Part shown: piece after piece, positions 16,559 to 25,092 of the stretch
Numbering within the stretch: the stretch's first letter is position 1
Layout of the letters: every line of letters begins with the position of its first letter
Assembly: GCA_902803485.1 (NCBI GenBank)
Contig: CADCQD010000083.1
Span: forward strand, 1-43,564
Length of the DNA: 43,564 bases
Source of the DNA: an uncultured Eubacteriales bacterium
GTDB lineage: Bacteria > Bacillota > Clostridia > Lachnospirales > Lachnospiraceae
Direction of reading: 5' to 3'
The notes under the pieces: generated by a model
What the model was told of the DNA's origin: nothing
The model's database searches: none
What the model saw: only the letters and a program-made list of their open reading frames with translations
Made by a program: the position numbers and the translations under genes

Positions 16559-17571
16559 TCGCATCCTCCGGGCGCAGGCGCTGAAGACGCGGGATCGTAA
16601 AGTTCCGCGGCTTCACGCACATAATTTCTGTATTCTTCTACGATATGTTCCGGTGCGGCCAGCCGGACTTTCGTACCGAGGCCGAAAAGCCACGCGTAGA
16701 ACTGCCGTGAAACGAAAACGTCCGCGGAGGCTTCAAAATGCGCGTCGTCCACCCGGAGCATCATGACGTCCAGACCGAACTGGTCAATAATAATGCCCGC
16801 GAAATCATTGTCGCAGAGCAGCGTTACGCGTTCTTCTTTTCCTCCGTTCATCCGGAACATGCGGTTTCCGTATCTGCGGATATCCAGACCCGCGAATACT
16901 TCGCTTCCGGACCTCGGCAGGTCTGTGACGGAGATCTTCAGCATCTTGTCCGCGCGGTAGTGCTTGATCATTGCCGCTTCCGCGTCGTAGCCGATCATAT
17001 AATAGTATTCATCGTCCCATACCAGGGCGAAGGGACTGATCTCATAGAAGAGCCCGCCGTGCCTGAGCTCCATTTTTTTGTCCGGCGTCCAGTTGAAATA
17101 CTGGAAGCGGATGGCCCGGTCCCGGTTGATGGCTTCATGGATCGCGTCCACAGTGTAATAGATGCTTTCATTCATGGATTTCACGCGGCCGGTGATCAGG
17201 ACCTGGCGGTTCAGTTTCTTTGCGTCGTGGACACTGACCAGGTTTTCCAGCTTCCGGATCAGTTCCGCGGATTTTCCCGCCGTAATGAACCGCGCCGACT
17301 GGACGGCATCCGTCAGAAGCTTCAGCTCTGAAAGCTCAAACTCCCGCTGCGGGATCCGGTACCAGGTGGTATGCCCGGCTTTTTCTTTGAGAACTTCGTA
17401 CCCGAAGCGCTCCAGCGCGTCAAAATCCGAATACAGTGTCTTGCGGTCTGCCGGAATGTCGTATGCCAGCAGCTTCTTCTGGATCTCCGCGAGCGTCAGG
17501 CCGTGCTCCTCATCCGTCTCATGAAGAAAGATCTTCAGAAGGTATAGAAGTTTCAGACGCTGATCAGCCAT
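16555..17571 (-). CDS. HTH + WYL domain transcriptional regulator
   Basis: N-terminal winged HTH (LKLLYLLKIFLHETDEEHGLTLAEIQKKL...DRKTLYSDFDALERFGYEV). The central WYL-type domain has AIRFQYFNW...ISPFALVWDDEYYYMIGYD...HYRADKM. There is a C-terminal extension. Confidence 0.8.
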   Translation of the reverse strand: MADQRLKLLYLLKIFLHETDEEHGLTLAEIQKKLLAYDIPADRKTLYSDFDALERFGYEVLKEKAGHTTWYRIPQREFELSELKLLTDAVQSARFITAGKSAELIRKLENLVSVHDAKKLNRQVLITGRVKSMNESIYYTVDAIHEAINRDRAIRFQYFNWTPDKKMELRHGGLFYEISPFALVWDDEYYYMIGYDAEAAMIKHYRADKMLKISVTDLPRSGSEVFAGLDIRRYGNRMFRMNGGKEERVTLLCDNDFAGIIIDQFGLDVMMLRVDDAHFEASADVFVSRQFYAWLFGLGTKVRLAAPEHIVEEYRNYVREAAELYDPASSAPAPGGCE

Positions 17572-17619
17572 AGTAGTCCTCCCCGGAAGAGCGATTTTTA
17601 CGAAAATTGAAATTTCTTC

Positions 17620-17648
17620 TTTTCATTATACACCAAGTGTGGTATACT
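17620..17648 (+). promoter_or_regulatory. Candidate extended -10 promoter for the CNNM pair
   Basis: TGgTATACT at 17640-17648 with TTTTCA 17 nt upstream. The transcript would carry a GTTTAC/GTAAAC hairpin (17657-17677) before RBS AAGGAG and ATG 17711. Confidence 0.35.
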
Positions 17649-17710
17649 TCAACAAATGTTTACCGGTTTTCCGTAAACGAAATCTGAATTAAGGAGTTGA
17701 TCGATCAACT

Positions 17711-19003
17711 ATGGATCCTGACAGTCGATTGTCGGCCGCAGCTGTAATTTTCTTATTTATCGCTTCCGCGTATTTCGCATTGACAGAAACCGCCGTTGCG
17801 TCTGTATCCCGCATGAAGATCCGTGTGCGCGCGGAGAAGGGAGACACGCGGGCGGAGCGCACCTTATATGTACTGGATCATTTCGATGATGCCATTACGA
17901 CACTTCTGATCTGTACCAATATCGCCCACATTGCGGCGGCTTCCCTGGTAACCGTCCTGGTCACCCGGAGATGGGGGCTCAGCGCTGTGACGCTCAGCAC
18001 CTTTGCCATGACGCTCGCGATGTTTTTCCTGGGCGAAATGCTACCGAAAAGCATCGGAAAAAAATCAAGCGAAAAGTCCTGCCTGGCATGTTCAGGCTTA
18101 TTATGCGTGCTCATGAAGCTCCTCTGGCCCTTTACCCGTGTTCTGACCTGGATCGGGAATCTGACGCTGAAGCTGGTGAAAAGCGATGAGGAGTATTCGG
18201 TCACCGAGGATGAATTGTACGACATTATCGAAGATATGACGGAAGAAGGCTCCATCGATGAGGAACAGAGCGAGCTGATCTCTTCCGCGATCCAGTTCGC
18301 GGACGTGACGGTTTCCAGTATTCTGACGCCCCGTGTAGACATCGCCGCGGTGAACGTGGATCAGTCTCCGGAGGAGATCCTGAAATTCATCCAGAGCCAG
18401 AACCACAGCCGGATCCTGGTCTATGAAAAGAGCATAGACAATATCATCGGCGTCCTTCAGATCAGGAAATTTCTGAAGCTCTACGTCAGCACCCGGGTCA
18501 TCCCTGAGGTCCGCCCTCTGATGGACGAGGTGTATTACGCGCATCAGAGCATGCAGATCGACGAGCTGCTTCAGGAGATGTCCCGGAGGAAGCTGAGCAT
18601 GGCGGTCATTACAGACAGCTACGGCGGGACGCTGGGGATCGTGACGGTGGAGGATATCCTGGAGGAGATCGTTGGAGAGATCTGGGACGAGGATGACGAG
18701 ATCCGCGAACCCATCGTGAAGATCGCGGATAATACGTACCTTGTGAACGGGGATGAGACAGTGCTGGACACCTTTGATTTTATCGGTGTGGAAGAACCGG
18801 ACCCCGAGAATGAGGACCGTTTCACCAATCTTCTGATGGCGGACTGGTTTTACGAGCAGTTCACCCACATTCCGGTGCGGGGCGACAGCTTTGAGTACCG
18901 GGGGCTGAAGATCACGGTCAGTGAGATCGCGCATAACCGGATCTACCGGCTGTATGTGGAAGTGCTTCCTGAAGGCAGCGGAGAGGAGGCGGAGAACAAA
19001 TGA
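17711..19003 (+). CDS. CNNM/DUF21 + CBS pair + CorC_HlyC (hemolysin-family) membrane protein
   Basis: Four N-terminal TM helices (GEMLPKSIG), TPRVDIAAV, a CBS pair, VITDSYGGTLGIVTVEDILEEIVGEIWDEDD, and a CorC C-terminal domain. Confidence 0.85.
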   Translation: MDPDSRLSAAAVIFLFIASAYFALTETAVASVSRMKIRVRAEKGDTRAERTLYVLDHFDDAITTLLICTNIAHIAAASLVTVLVTRRWGLSAVTLSTFAMTLAMFFLGEMLPKSIGKKSSEKSCLACSGLLCVLMKLLWPFTRVLTWIGNLTLKLVKSDEEYSVTEDELYDIIEDMTEEGSIDEEQSELISSAIQFADVTVSSILTPRVDIAAVNVDQSPEEILKFIQSQNHSRILVYEKSIDNIIGVLQIRKFLKLYVSTRVIPEVRPLMDEVYYAHQSMQIDELLQEMSRRKLSMAVITDSYGGTLGIVTVEDILEEIVGEIWDEDDEIREPIVKIADNTYLVNGDETVLDTFDFIGVEEPDPENEDRFTNLLMADWFYEQFTHIPVRGDSFEYRGLKITVSEIAHNRIYRLYVEVLPEGSGEEAENK

Positions 19004-20256
19004 TCCATGTAGTGGTATTCTCCGGCATCATTCTCTGCGTGATCCTTTCCGCGGTATTTTCCGGTTCGGAGATGGCGCTGTCCTCAGCGAATGAAGTCCG
19101 TCTGGAAAACGAGGCAAAATCCGGGAGCCGGAGATCCGGCCGCGCCCTGAAACTGGTGCAGAACTACGATGATACGCTGAGCGCGATCCTGGTGGGCAAT
19201 AACCTGGTCAATACAGCGGCGTCTTCCCTTACCACGGTACTGGTGATCCTTCTTACGGGATCTGACCGGCTGAACTGGGCAGGCACGCTGATCGTTACGG
19301 TGCTTGTGATCATTTTCGGCGAGACGATCCCGAAGATCATCTGCAAAAAGCTGGCGACCCGCGTCAGCGCCGGAGTATCCGGATTTATCCGTTTTGTTTA
19401 TATCCTGTTCTTCCCCGTGAATTTCCTTGTGGCGGGCCTTGTGGGGCTTTTGACACGTTTTATCAGGGAACCGGAAGAGGAGAACGAGGAATCTGTAGAA
19501 GAACTGCAGTCCATTATTGAGACCGCGGAGGATGAAGGCGTGCTGGACAGCGGGCGTTCCGAGCTGATCAGCGCGGCCATCGGCTTCCAGGATATTTCAG
19601 CGGATGAAGTAATGACCGCCCGCGTGGATATGGAGGCGATCGACGCGGATGACGATATGGAAAACATCATCAGGCTTGCGTCGGAAAGCACCCACAGCCG
19701 TCTGCCGGTGTATGAGGGAAGCATTGACCATATCATCGGCGTGGTGCACATGAATCATCTGCTGAAGGCGCTCTCCGAGGACCGGGACGCGGATATCCGG
19801 AGCATCATGCTGGAGCCGTGCTTTATCTACCGTACGACGAAACTGCCCCAGGTCCTGAATACGCTCCGCCGGGTGCGCCAGCATCTGGCAGTGGTAACAG
19901 ATGAGTACAGCGGGACACTGGGCGTGATCTCCATGGAGGACGTGCTGGAGCAGATCGTGGGCGAGATCTGGGATGAGACGGACGAAGTGGAAGAGGAAGT
20001 CATCACAAGGCCGGACGGCGAAATGGAGATCGACGGGGACATGGCCATCGGAGACTTCCTGGAGCTGGTGGGGATCGACGAGGACAGCTTCCCCTTCGAG
20101 AGCGGTACCGCGGGCGGCTGGGCCATCGAATTCCGGGGAGATTTCCCGGAGCCGGGCGATACTTTCCGGTATGAAGATCTGACGGTCCGCGTGCTTCAGA
20201 TGGACGGCAGGCGCGTAGAAAAGCTCCTGGTGATCAAAGATAAGGAAAATGAATGA
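19000..20256 (+). CDS. Second CNNM/DUF21 + CBS + CorC_HlyC membrane protein (paralogue)
   Basis: Same architecture (GETIPKIIC, TARVDMEAI, VVTDEYSGTLGVISMEDVLEQIVGEIWDETDE). ATGA overlap with the preceding gene. Confidence 0.85.
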   Translation: MIHVVVFSGIILCVILSAVFSGSEMALSSANEVRLENEAKSGSRRSGRALKLVQNYDDTLSAILVGNNLVNTAASSLTTVLVILLTGSDRLNWAGTLIVTVLVIIFGETIPKIICKKLATRVSAGVSGFIRFVYILFFPVNFLVAGLVGLLTRFIREPEEENEESVEELQSIIETAEDEGVLDSGRSELISAAIGFQDISADEVMTARVDMEAIDADDDMENIIRLASESTHSRLPVYEGSIDHIIGVVHMNHLLKALSEDRDADIRSIMLEPCFIYRTTKLPQVLNTLRRVRQHLAVVTDEYSGTLGVISMEDVLEQIVGEIWDETDEVEEEVITRPDGEMEIDGDMAIGDFLELVGIDEDSFPFESGTAGGWAIEFRGDFPEPGDTFRYEDLTVRVLQMDGRRVEKLLVIKDKENE

Positions 20257-20261
20257 TTTTG

Positions 20262-20306
20262 TCCGCCGAAATGTCAATGAACAGTTGCATTCCGGCGGAT
20301 TTTGTT
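20262..20306 (+). terminator. Rho-independent terminator after the CNNM pair
   Basis: TCCGCCG (20262-20268) pairs with CGGCGGA (20293-20299). The stem extends inward and is followed by TTTTGTT. Confidence 0.6.
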
Positions 20307-20387
20307 ACATAATGTATATGGATGAAAAGCATACTGGCGGATCATATCCTGATCTGCCGGTTGCCGGACGTTGCAGTAATAAAGCAT

Positions 20388-20419
20388 TTGACAGGCTTCA
20401 CGCGGTACTTGTTTATAAA
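20388..20419 (+). promoter_or_regulatory. Candidate sigma-A promoter for the wall-protein gene
   Basis: TTGACA (20388-20393), an 18-nt spacer, then TTTATAAA (20412-20419). RBS AGGAGGA lies at about 20439-20445, before ATG 20453. Confidence 0.35.
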
Positions 20420-20452
20420 ATGTCATGTGCATGGATTCAGGAGGAATGGATC

Positions 20453-23320
20453 ATGAAGCTTATCAGGAAAACAGCTGCTGTATTTCTGGCGGTATTTCTT
20501 CTCGTATGCTCTCTGTCTCCCGTGATTTCCGTATACGCGGACGGAGCAGCGGACAGCGGGTGCCCGGAAGGGGACGGCGGGACCGTACAGTTTTCCACAT
20601 ATATGTCAGGTATACCGAAGGAGCCTCTGGATGGAAAGACTCCCCTCAGCCAGCCGGTATTTATCCGGTCGCTTCTGGAAAAAGCCGGAAAGGGATACAG
20701 CCAGTCCAACCGTTACGACGTGAACTTTTATGACTGCAGCAGCCTGGTACAGCGCTGCCTCAGAGATAACGGGATCACCCAGAACGTTCCGGCCAGCACT
20801 TATTACTGGGATCAGATGCTGCAGGGATATTCCGTAGGCGATGTCGTGACATTCTACGGTTCGGATTCCTATGTCCAGTACCGCCTGACTGCCAGAGACA
20901 TTCCGATGATCGGAAATGAAGCGTATTTCGAAAAACCCGGTACCATTATGGTACTGATCGCTCCCGGCCTCGGTTCAGGCCATATCTGCGTGACACTCGG
21001 ATCCTTCAGCCGCCAGGACGAAGGGCTGGATCCCGCAGCTGACCGGCTCGCGATCATTGAAAACACAGAGAACTACGTATCGTCCCAGATGGAAGCGTGG
21101 TACGGCGTTCCCGCATCCCTCTTTACCGGTCCCGGCGCGGTGACCGGCGTCCGCTCCGTCTGGGTGGATGACAAAAACCTGGGAGAAGATATGACGAATA
21201 AGTACGGCGAACCCTCAGGCCCGTATAACCGGATCTGGCGGGTGGAAGCCTTTAACCCTTCCAAGGGCGTGTGTATCGATAACTGCGCCCACGGAACGAA
21301 TTATACCAATAACGTACGCTACGTCCTGGAGCCTGTGGAAAACGGCCCTCAGGAGCCGGCAGCGGACGCGGGTCCAGAGATCGCGGATATTTCGATCAGC
21401 AATGTGACGCCGGAAGGTTTCCGGGTGATCGCGGTATTCAACGCGCCGGCAGGCCTGAAGGATGTGCTGATGCCCGCCTGGACGGAAGCCAATGGGCAGG
21501 ATGACCTGTACTGGCATGTGGCAGGATACCTGAATGAATATACTGCTTACTGCGACGTGAAGATCTCGGATCACAACCAGGAATCCGGCAAGTATATCAT
21601 TCATGTACAGGTCACGGACGTGAAGGGGCGGATCGCGGTCAGTGAAGCCAGGGCGGAAGTGCCTCGGCCGGAGGAGCCGGAGGAACCGGAACCGCCGCAG
21701 GAAATGGGCTTTACCGAAGCGTATGTATATGACGTGACTGCGGACGGCTATTCGGTCCATGCGGAGTTTATTGCGCCGGAAGGTGTTGCGCAGATCCTGA
21801 TGCCTACCTGGACGGAAGCCGGCGGACAGGACGACCTGATCTGGCATCAGGCTGCAACGGAAGACGGACAGACCGTTGATTTCCGTATCAGCACGGCGGA
21901 TCACCATTCGGAATCCGGCCTGTACATTACGCATATTTATGTGACCAGCCCGTCGGGCAGGGAGATCATTGCCGGTGTGAGCGCGGACGTGCCGGAACCG
22001 GAGCCGGAAGAAATTCTGGAGATCACCGGAACGGAAGTGGACGCGCTTACTTCCGGCGGCTACCGGGTCACGGCTGTATTTAACGCGCCGAATGGCGTCA
22101 GCGAGGTGCTGATGCCCACCTGGACGGATCTGAACTGGCAGGATGACCTTCAGTGGCACAAGGCGGATCTGGACGGAAATAAAGCGGTGTATTATGTGAA
22201 AACAGCGGATCACAACAACGAGACCGGCGTGTATTATACACATGTGTATGTATATGACAATACCGGCGCTTATGTGATCGAACCGCTGACCATTGTGGTT
22301 CCGGAAGAGGAAATGACTCAGCCGGAAGAACCGGAAGAACTGGCAATTACAGATCTTGTCGTCACAGAGCTTTCTCAGGACGGCTTCCTGGTCACAGCCA
22401 CATTTACGGCGCCGAATGGCGTCAGTGAAGTGCTGATGCCCACCTGGACGGAAGCAAACGGCCAGGATGACCTGATCTGGCACCGGGCGGAGATCTCCGG
22501 AGATACCGCGTCCTGCTATGTGCGTACCGCGGATCATAATCAGGAATCCGGCCTGTATATTACGCATGTATATGTCACGGATACTGAAGGCAATCAGGTG
22601 ATCGCAGGTACCGGCGCGGAAGTTCCGGAACCGGGCAGCCCGGAGGAGCCGGAAGAGCAGGATGAACTGGGCTTCGTCAGCGTTTATGTGGCGGACGACA
22701 GCCCGAACGGATATTTTGTCTACACGGAATTTACGGCTCCGGACGGGATCAGCGAGGTGCTGATGCCCACCTGGACGAAAGCAAACGGCCAGGATGACCT
22801 GATCTGGTACAGCGCGGAGATCGACAGTCCGGATCTGCCGTTTGAATCTGAATACCATACGGCGTTGTGCTATATCCCGGTATCAGATCATAATTATGAA
22901 CCCGGCACATATATTACGCACATCTATTTAAAGGATCCGGCAGGAAACCAGGTGATCGTCGGATTCGAAATGACGGTTGCGGAGCATGCGGAACCGGAAG
23001 AACCGGAAGGGCCTGAACCGCCGGCCGGCCCGGGCGTGTATGTTTACAACGGACTGGATTACGCGCCGGTATTTGATCCGGAGTACTATCTGAATACTTA
23101 TGCGGATCTGAATCAGGCATTTGGCGGGGATGCATCCCAGGCGTTCAGTCATTTTATATACAACGGCATCTATGAAGGCCGTACAGCCTCTCCCGATTTC
23201 AGCGTGACCGCGTACAAAGACCGTTACGCGGATCTGAGGGAGGCCTTCGGAGATGACCTGATGCTGTATGTGGAGCATTATCTGACCAACGGTATCAGGG
23301 AAGGCAGGATCGGAAACTGA
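20453..23320 (+). CDS. Secreted cell-wall protein: NlpC/P60-like cysteine peptidase domain + five GBS Bsp-like repeats + duplicated C-terminal motif
   Basis: Start moved to MKLIRKTAAVFLAVFLLVCSLSPVISVYADG (signal peptide, good RBS). The upstream in-frame 68 codons are AT-rich leader. NFYDCSSLVQRCL (Cys) and GSGHICVTLG (His) suggest NlpC/P60. The five repeats each carry VLMPTWTEANGQDDLIWH...ADHNQESGLYITHVYV. Confidence 0.8.
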   Translation: MKLIRKTAAVFLAVFLLVCSLSPVISVYADGAADSGCPEGDGGTVQFSTYMSGIPKEPLDGKTPLSQPVFIRSLLEKAGKGYSQSNRYDVNFYDCSSLVQRCLRDNGITQNVPASTYYWDQMLQGYSVGDVVTFYGSDSYVQYRLTARDIPMIGNEAYFEKPGTIMVLIAPGLGSGHICVTLGSFSRQDEGLDPAADRLAIIENTENYVSSQMEAWYGVPASLFTGPGAVTGVRSVWVDDKNLGEDMTNKYGEPSGPYNRIWRVEAFNPSKGVCIDNCAHGTNYTNNVRYVLEPVENGPQEPAADAGPEIADISISNVTPEGFRVIAVFNAPAGLKDVLMPAWTEANGQDDLYWHVAGYLNEYTAYCDVKISDHNQESGKYIIHVQVTDVKGRIAVSEARAEVPRPEEPEEPEPPQEMGFTEAYVYDVTADGYSVHAEFIAPEGVAQILMPTWTEAGGQDDLIWHQAATEDGQTVDFRISTADHHSESGLYITHIYVTSPSGREIIAGVSADVPEPEPEEILEITGTEVDALTSGGYRVTAVFNAPNGVSEVLMPTWTDLNWQDDLQWHKADLDGNKAVYYVKTADHNNETGVYYTHVYVYDNTGAYVIEPLTIVVPEEEMTQPEEPEELAITDLVVTELSQDGFLVTATFTAPNGVSEVLMPTWTEANGQDDLIWHRAEISGDTASCYVRTADHNQESGLYITHVYVTDTEGNQVIAGTGAEVPEPGSPEEPEEQDELGFVSVYVADDSPNGYFVYTEFTAPDGISEVLMPTWTKANGQDDLIWYSAEIDSPDLPFESEYHTALCYIPVSDHNYEPGTYITHIYLKDPAGNQVIVGFEMTVAEHAEPEEPEGPEPPAGPGVYVYNGLDYAPVFDPEYYLNTYADLNQAFGGDASQAFSHFIYNGIYEGRTASPDFSVTAYKDRYADLREAFGDDLMLYVEHYLTNGIREGRIGN
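21380..22978 (+). repeat. Five in-frame tandem repeats of about 95-105 codons (Bsp-like) separated by Pro/Glu linkers
   Basis: Repeats start near 21380, 21706, 22015, 22340 and 22668. DNA cores are nearly identical between copies, for example GTGCTGATGCCCACCTGGACGGAAGCAAACGGCCAGGATGACCTGATCTGG at about 22430 and, with one mismatch (GACGAAAGC for GACGGAAGC), about 22758, with a close variant at about 22106. Confidence 0.75.
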
Positions 23321-23371
23321 CAGGAGAAGATCCATTAACAGATCATAAACAGGAGCAGACGGAAATCGGAT

Positions 23372-25087
23372 ATGAAGAGCAGGAAAAACAGGATCAGGAC
23401 CGGAATCAGAGATTTATTACCCAGACGATGGCTTTGGATCCTTTCTGCCGCGATCCTGATCCTTCTGCTCCTGCTTCTGTTTCTGCCGCGCCTCCTCCCC
23501 AATAATAATCCTGTCGATCCGTATGCCTATTACGGCATCGGAAAAGAGGATACCGTCGTATTTATCAATACGGAACGGGTGGAGATGGAGATCCTCCGCG
23601 AGGACGGGGAGATCTATCTTCCGCTGGAAGACGTGAACGCGTATCTGAACCAGCGGTTTTACGCGGACCGTGAGAGCGGCAGTGTACTCTATACGCTGCC
23701 GGACCGGATGGACGAATTTACGGCAGAGGACCGTACGTTCAGCCGCGGCGGTTCGGATGCCGTCATGAAGCACGCGCCGTATATCATCCGCCGGGGCACC
23801 GGCTATCTCAGCCTGGAAGTTGTGGAAGACTATACCCGGCTTCAGTATGAGCTTTTGACGGAACCGGACAGGCTGTGGCTGTGGACCGCTTTTGACGAGG
23901 AGATCCCGTACCTGCATACGGAAAAACCGGTATACTTAAGGACCGGCGCCGGGAAAGGGAATCCTGTGCTGAACCGGGAGGACCCGGATGATACCTATAT
24001 CCTGATCTCGGAAGAAGGCGCCTGGCGCAAGGTGATCTCCGCGAAAGGACATATTGGTTATATCTCCGGAAAAGATGTGAAAGAGATGGATTCCCAGGTC
24101 CGTTCCGGCGCGTTTTTTGAAGAACAGTTATACGGAACGGATCAGATGGATGGAAAGGTCTCCATGGGATTTGATTACATCGATGACGTTTCCTACGGCC
24201 TGGATATGCTGAAGCTGCATCTTAAGGACAAGGAAGCCATCAATGTCGTCTGTCCCACATGGTTCGTGCTTCAGGGAAATGACGGAGAGTTCACTTCCTG
24301 CGCGGATCCCGCATACGTCCGTCTTGCGCATAAAAATAAGATCCGGGTCTGGGTGATGATCGAGAATATTACGGGGAACTGCGACAGCATGGCGCTGTTT
24401 TCCAGCCGGAAAGCCCGGGAAAATCTGATCCGGAACCTGACGGACGCTGTGAAAGAGTATCAGCTGGACGGGATCAATCTGGATATCGAAAGCCTGACGG
24501 CGGAATCCGTGCCCCATTATCTGGAATTTATCCGCGAGCTTTCCATGGCATTGCACGGGACAGGAACGGTCCTTTCATCGGACACCTACGCGCCGTATCC
24601 CTGGAATCTGAAGTATGATCTGCCGGAGCTCGCGAAGCTTCTGGATTATGTAGTCATCATGGGCTACGATGAATCCTGGGATACGCCGGGACCGAACTCT
24701 GACAAGGAATTTATCACTTTCTGCTGCGAAAAATCGCTTCTTTCCACGCCGAAGGAAAAACTGATCATCGCCATCCCTTTCTATACCCGGGGATGGGCTT
24801 CGAAGGATGACGGCAGCTTCAGCCGCGCGGAGATCCGGATGAAAAACAGCGTGGAGCTTCTTGAGACCTGCAAAGATAAGAAATGGCTGGAAGACAAGGG
24901 ATGCTGGCACGGACATGTGGTGGTCGACGGTGTGACCCGGGAAGTCTGGTTCGAGGATCCGGAATCCACGGAGATCCGGATATCCATCATCGCGTCCCAT
25001 GATGTGGCGGGACTGGCCTACTGGCGCCTGTCCCAGGAGGCCGCGGAGGTCTGGGACATTGTGAAAAAATACGGGTTTTATCAGTAA
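23372..25087 (+). CDS. Membrane-anchored GH18 family glycoside hydrolase (YaaH/YdhD-like peptidoglycan or chitin hydrolase) with SH3-like module
   Basis: N-terminal TM anchor WLWILSAAILILLLLLLFL. SH3b-like segment VYLRTGAGKGNPVL...GAWRKVISAKGHIGYISGKDV. GH18 blocks LDGINLDIE (DxxDxDxE-type, with N at the second acidic position), VVIMGYDESW and IPFYTRGW. Confidence 0.8.
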   Translation: MKSRKNRIRTGIRDLLPRRWLWILSAAILILLLLLLFLPRLLPNNNPVDPYAYYGIGKEDTVVFINTERVEMEILREDGEIYLPLEDVNAYLNQRFYADRESGSVLYTLPDRMDEFTAEDRTFSRGGSDAVMKHAPYIIRRGTGYLSLEVVEDYTRLQYELLTEPDRLWLWTAFDEEIPYLHTEKPVYLRTGAGKGNPVLNREDPDDTYILISEEGAWRKVISAKGHIGYISGKDVKEMDSQVRSGAFFEEQLYGTDQMDGKVSMGFDYIDDVSYGLDMLKLHLKDKEAINVVCPTWFVLQGNDGEFTSCADPAYVRLAHKNKIRVWVMIENITGNCDSMALFSSRKARENLIRNLTDAVKEYQLDGINLDIESLTAESVPHYLEFIRELSMALHGTGTVLSSDTYAPYPWNLKYDLPELAKLLDYVVIMGYDESWDTPGPNSDKEFITFCCEKSLLSTPKEKLIIAIPFYTRGWASKDDGSFSRAEIRMKNSVELLETCKDKKWLEDKGCWHGHVVVDGVTREVWFEDPESTEIRISIIASHDVAGLAYWRLSQEAAEVWDIVKKYGFYQ

Positions 25088-25092
25088 AACAT

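Noticed and set aside
14978-17571. WYL regulator plus PLD-family protein as a defence module (PLD nuclease effector).
   Set aside because: The PLD protein has the N-terminal two-TM PLDc_N segment, the spacing and both HKD motifs of bona fide cardiolipin synthases. No other defence-type genes are nearby.
20249-20452. In-frame 68-codon N-terminal extension of the wall protein (track start 20249).
   Set aside because: The region is AT-rich and contains a terminator and a promoter-like TTGACA/TATAAA. The ATG at 20453 has a good RBS and begins a textbook signal peptide.
20307-20452. Possible c-di-AMP (ydaO-type) riboswitch ahead of the NlpC/P60-like gene, and a possible M-box ahead of the CNNM genes (17572-17710).
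   Set aside because: I could not find the conserved cores of either motif. Both leaders are too short for these riboswitches (about 35-150 nt and about 60 nt from the candidate promoters). A covariance-model scan (Rfam/Infernal) would settle it.
21380-22978. Regularly spaced repeats that could be mistaken for a CRISPR array or a satellite.
   Set aside because: The repeats are about 300 nt, in frame, and encode a conserved protein domain within one ORF. There is no short repeat/spacer organisation and there are no cas genes.
23372-25087. GH18 catalytic motif reads DGINLDIE (N at the second acidic position), raising the question of an inactive lectin.
   Set aside because: The general acid Glu and the adjacent Asp are present, and as far as I recall spore and peptidoglycan-type GH18 enzymes tolerate this position. 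This is not enough to call it inactive.
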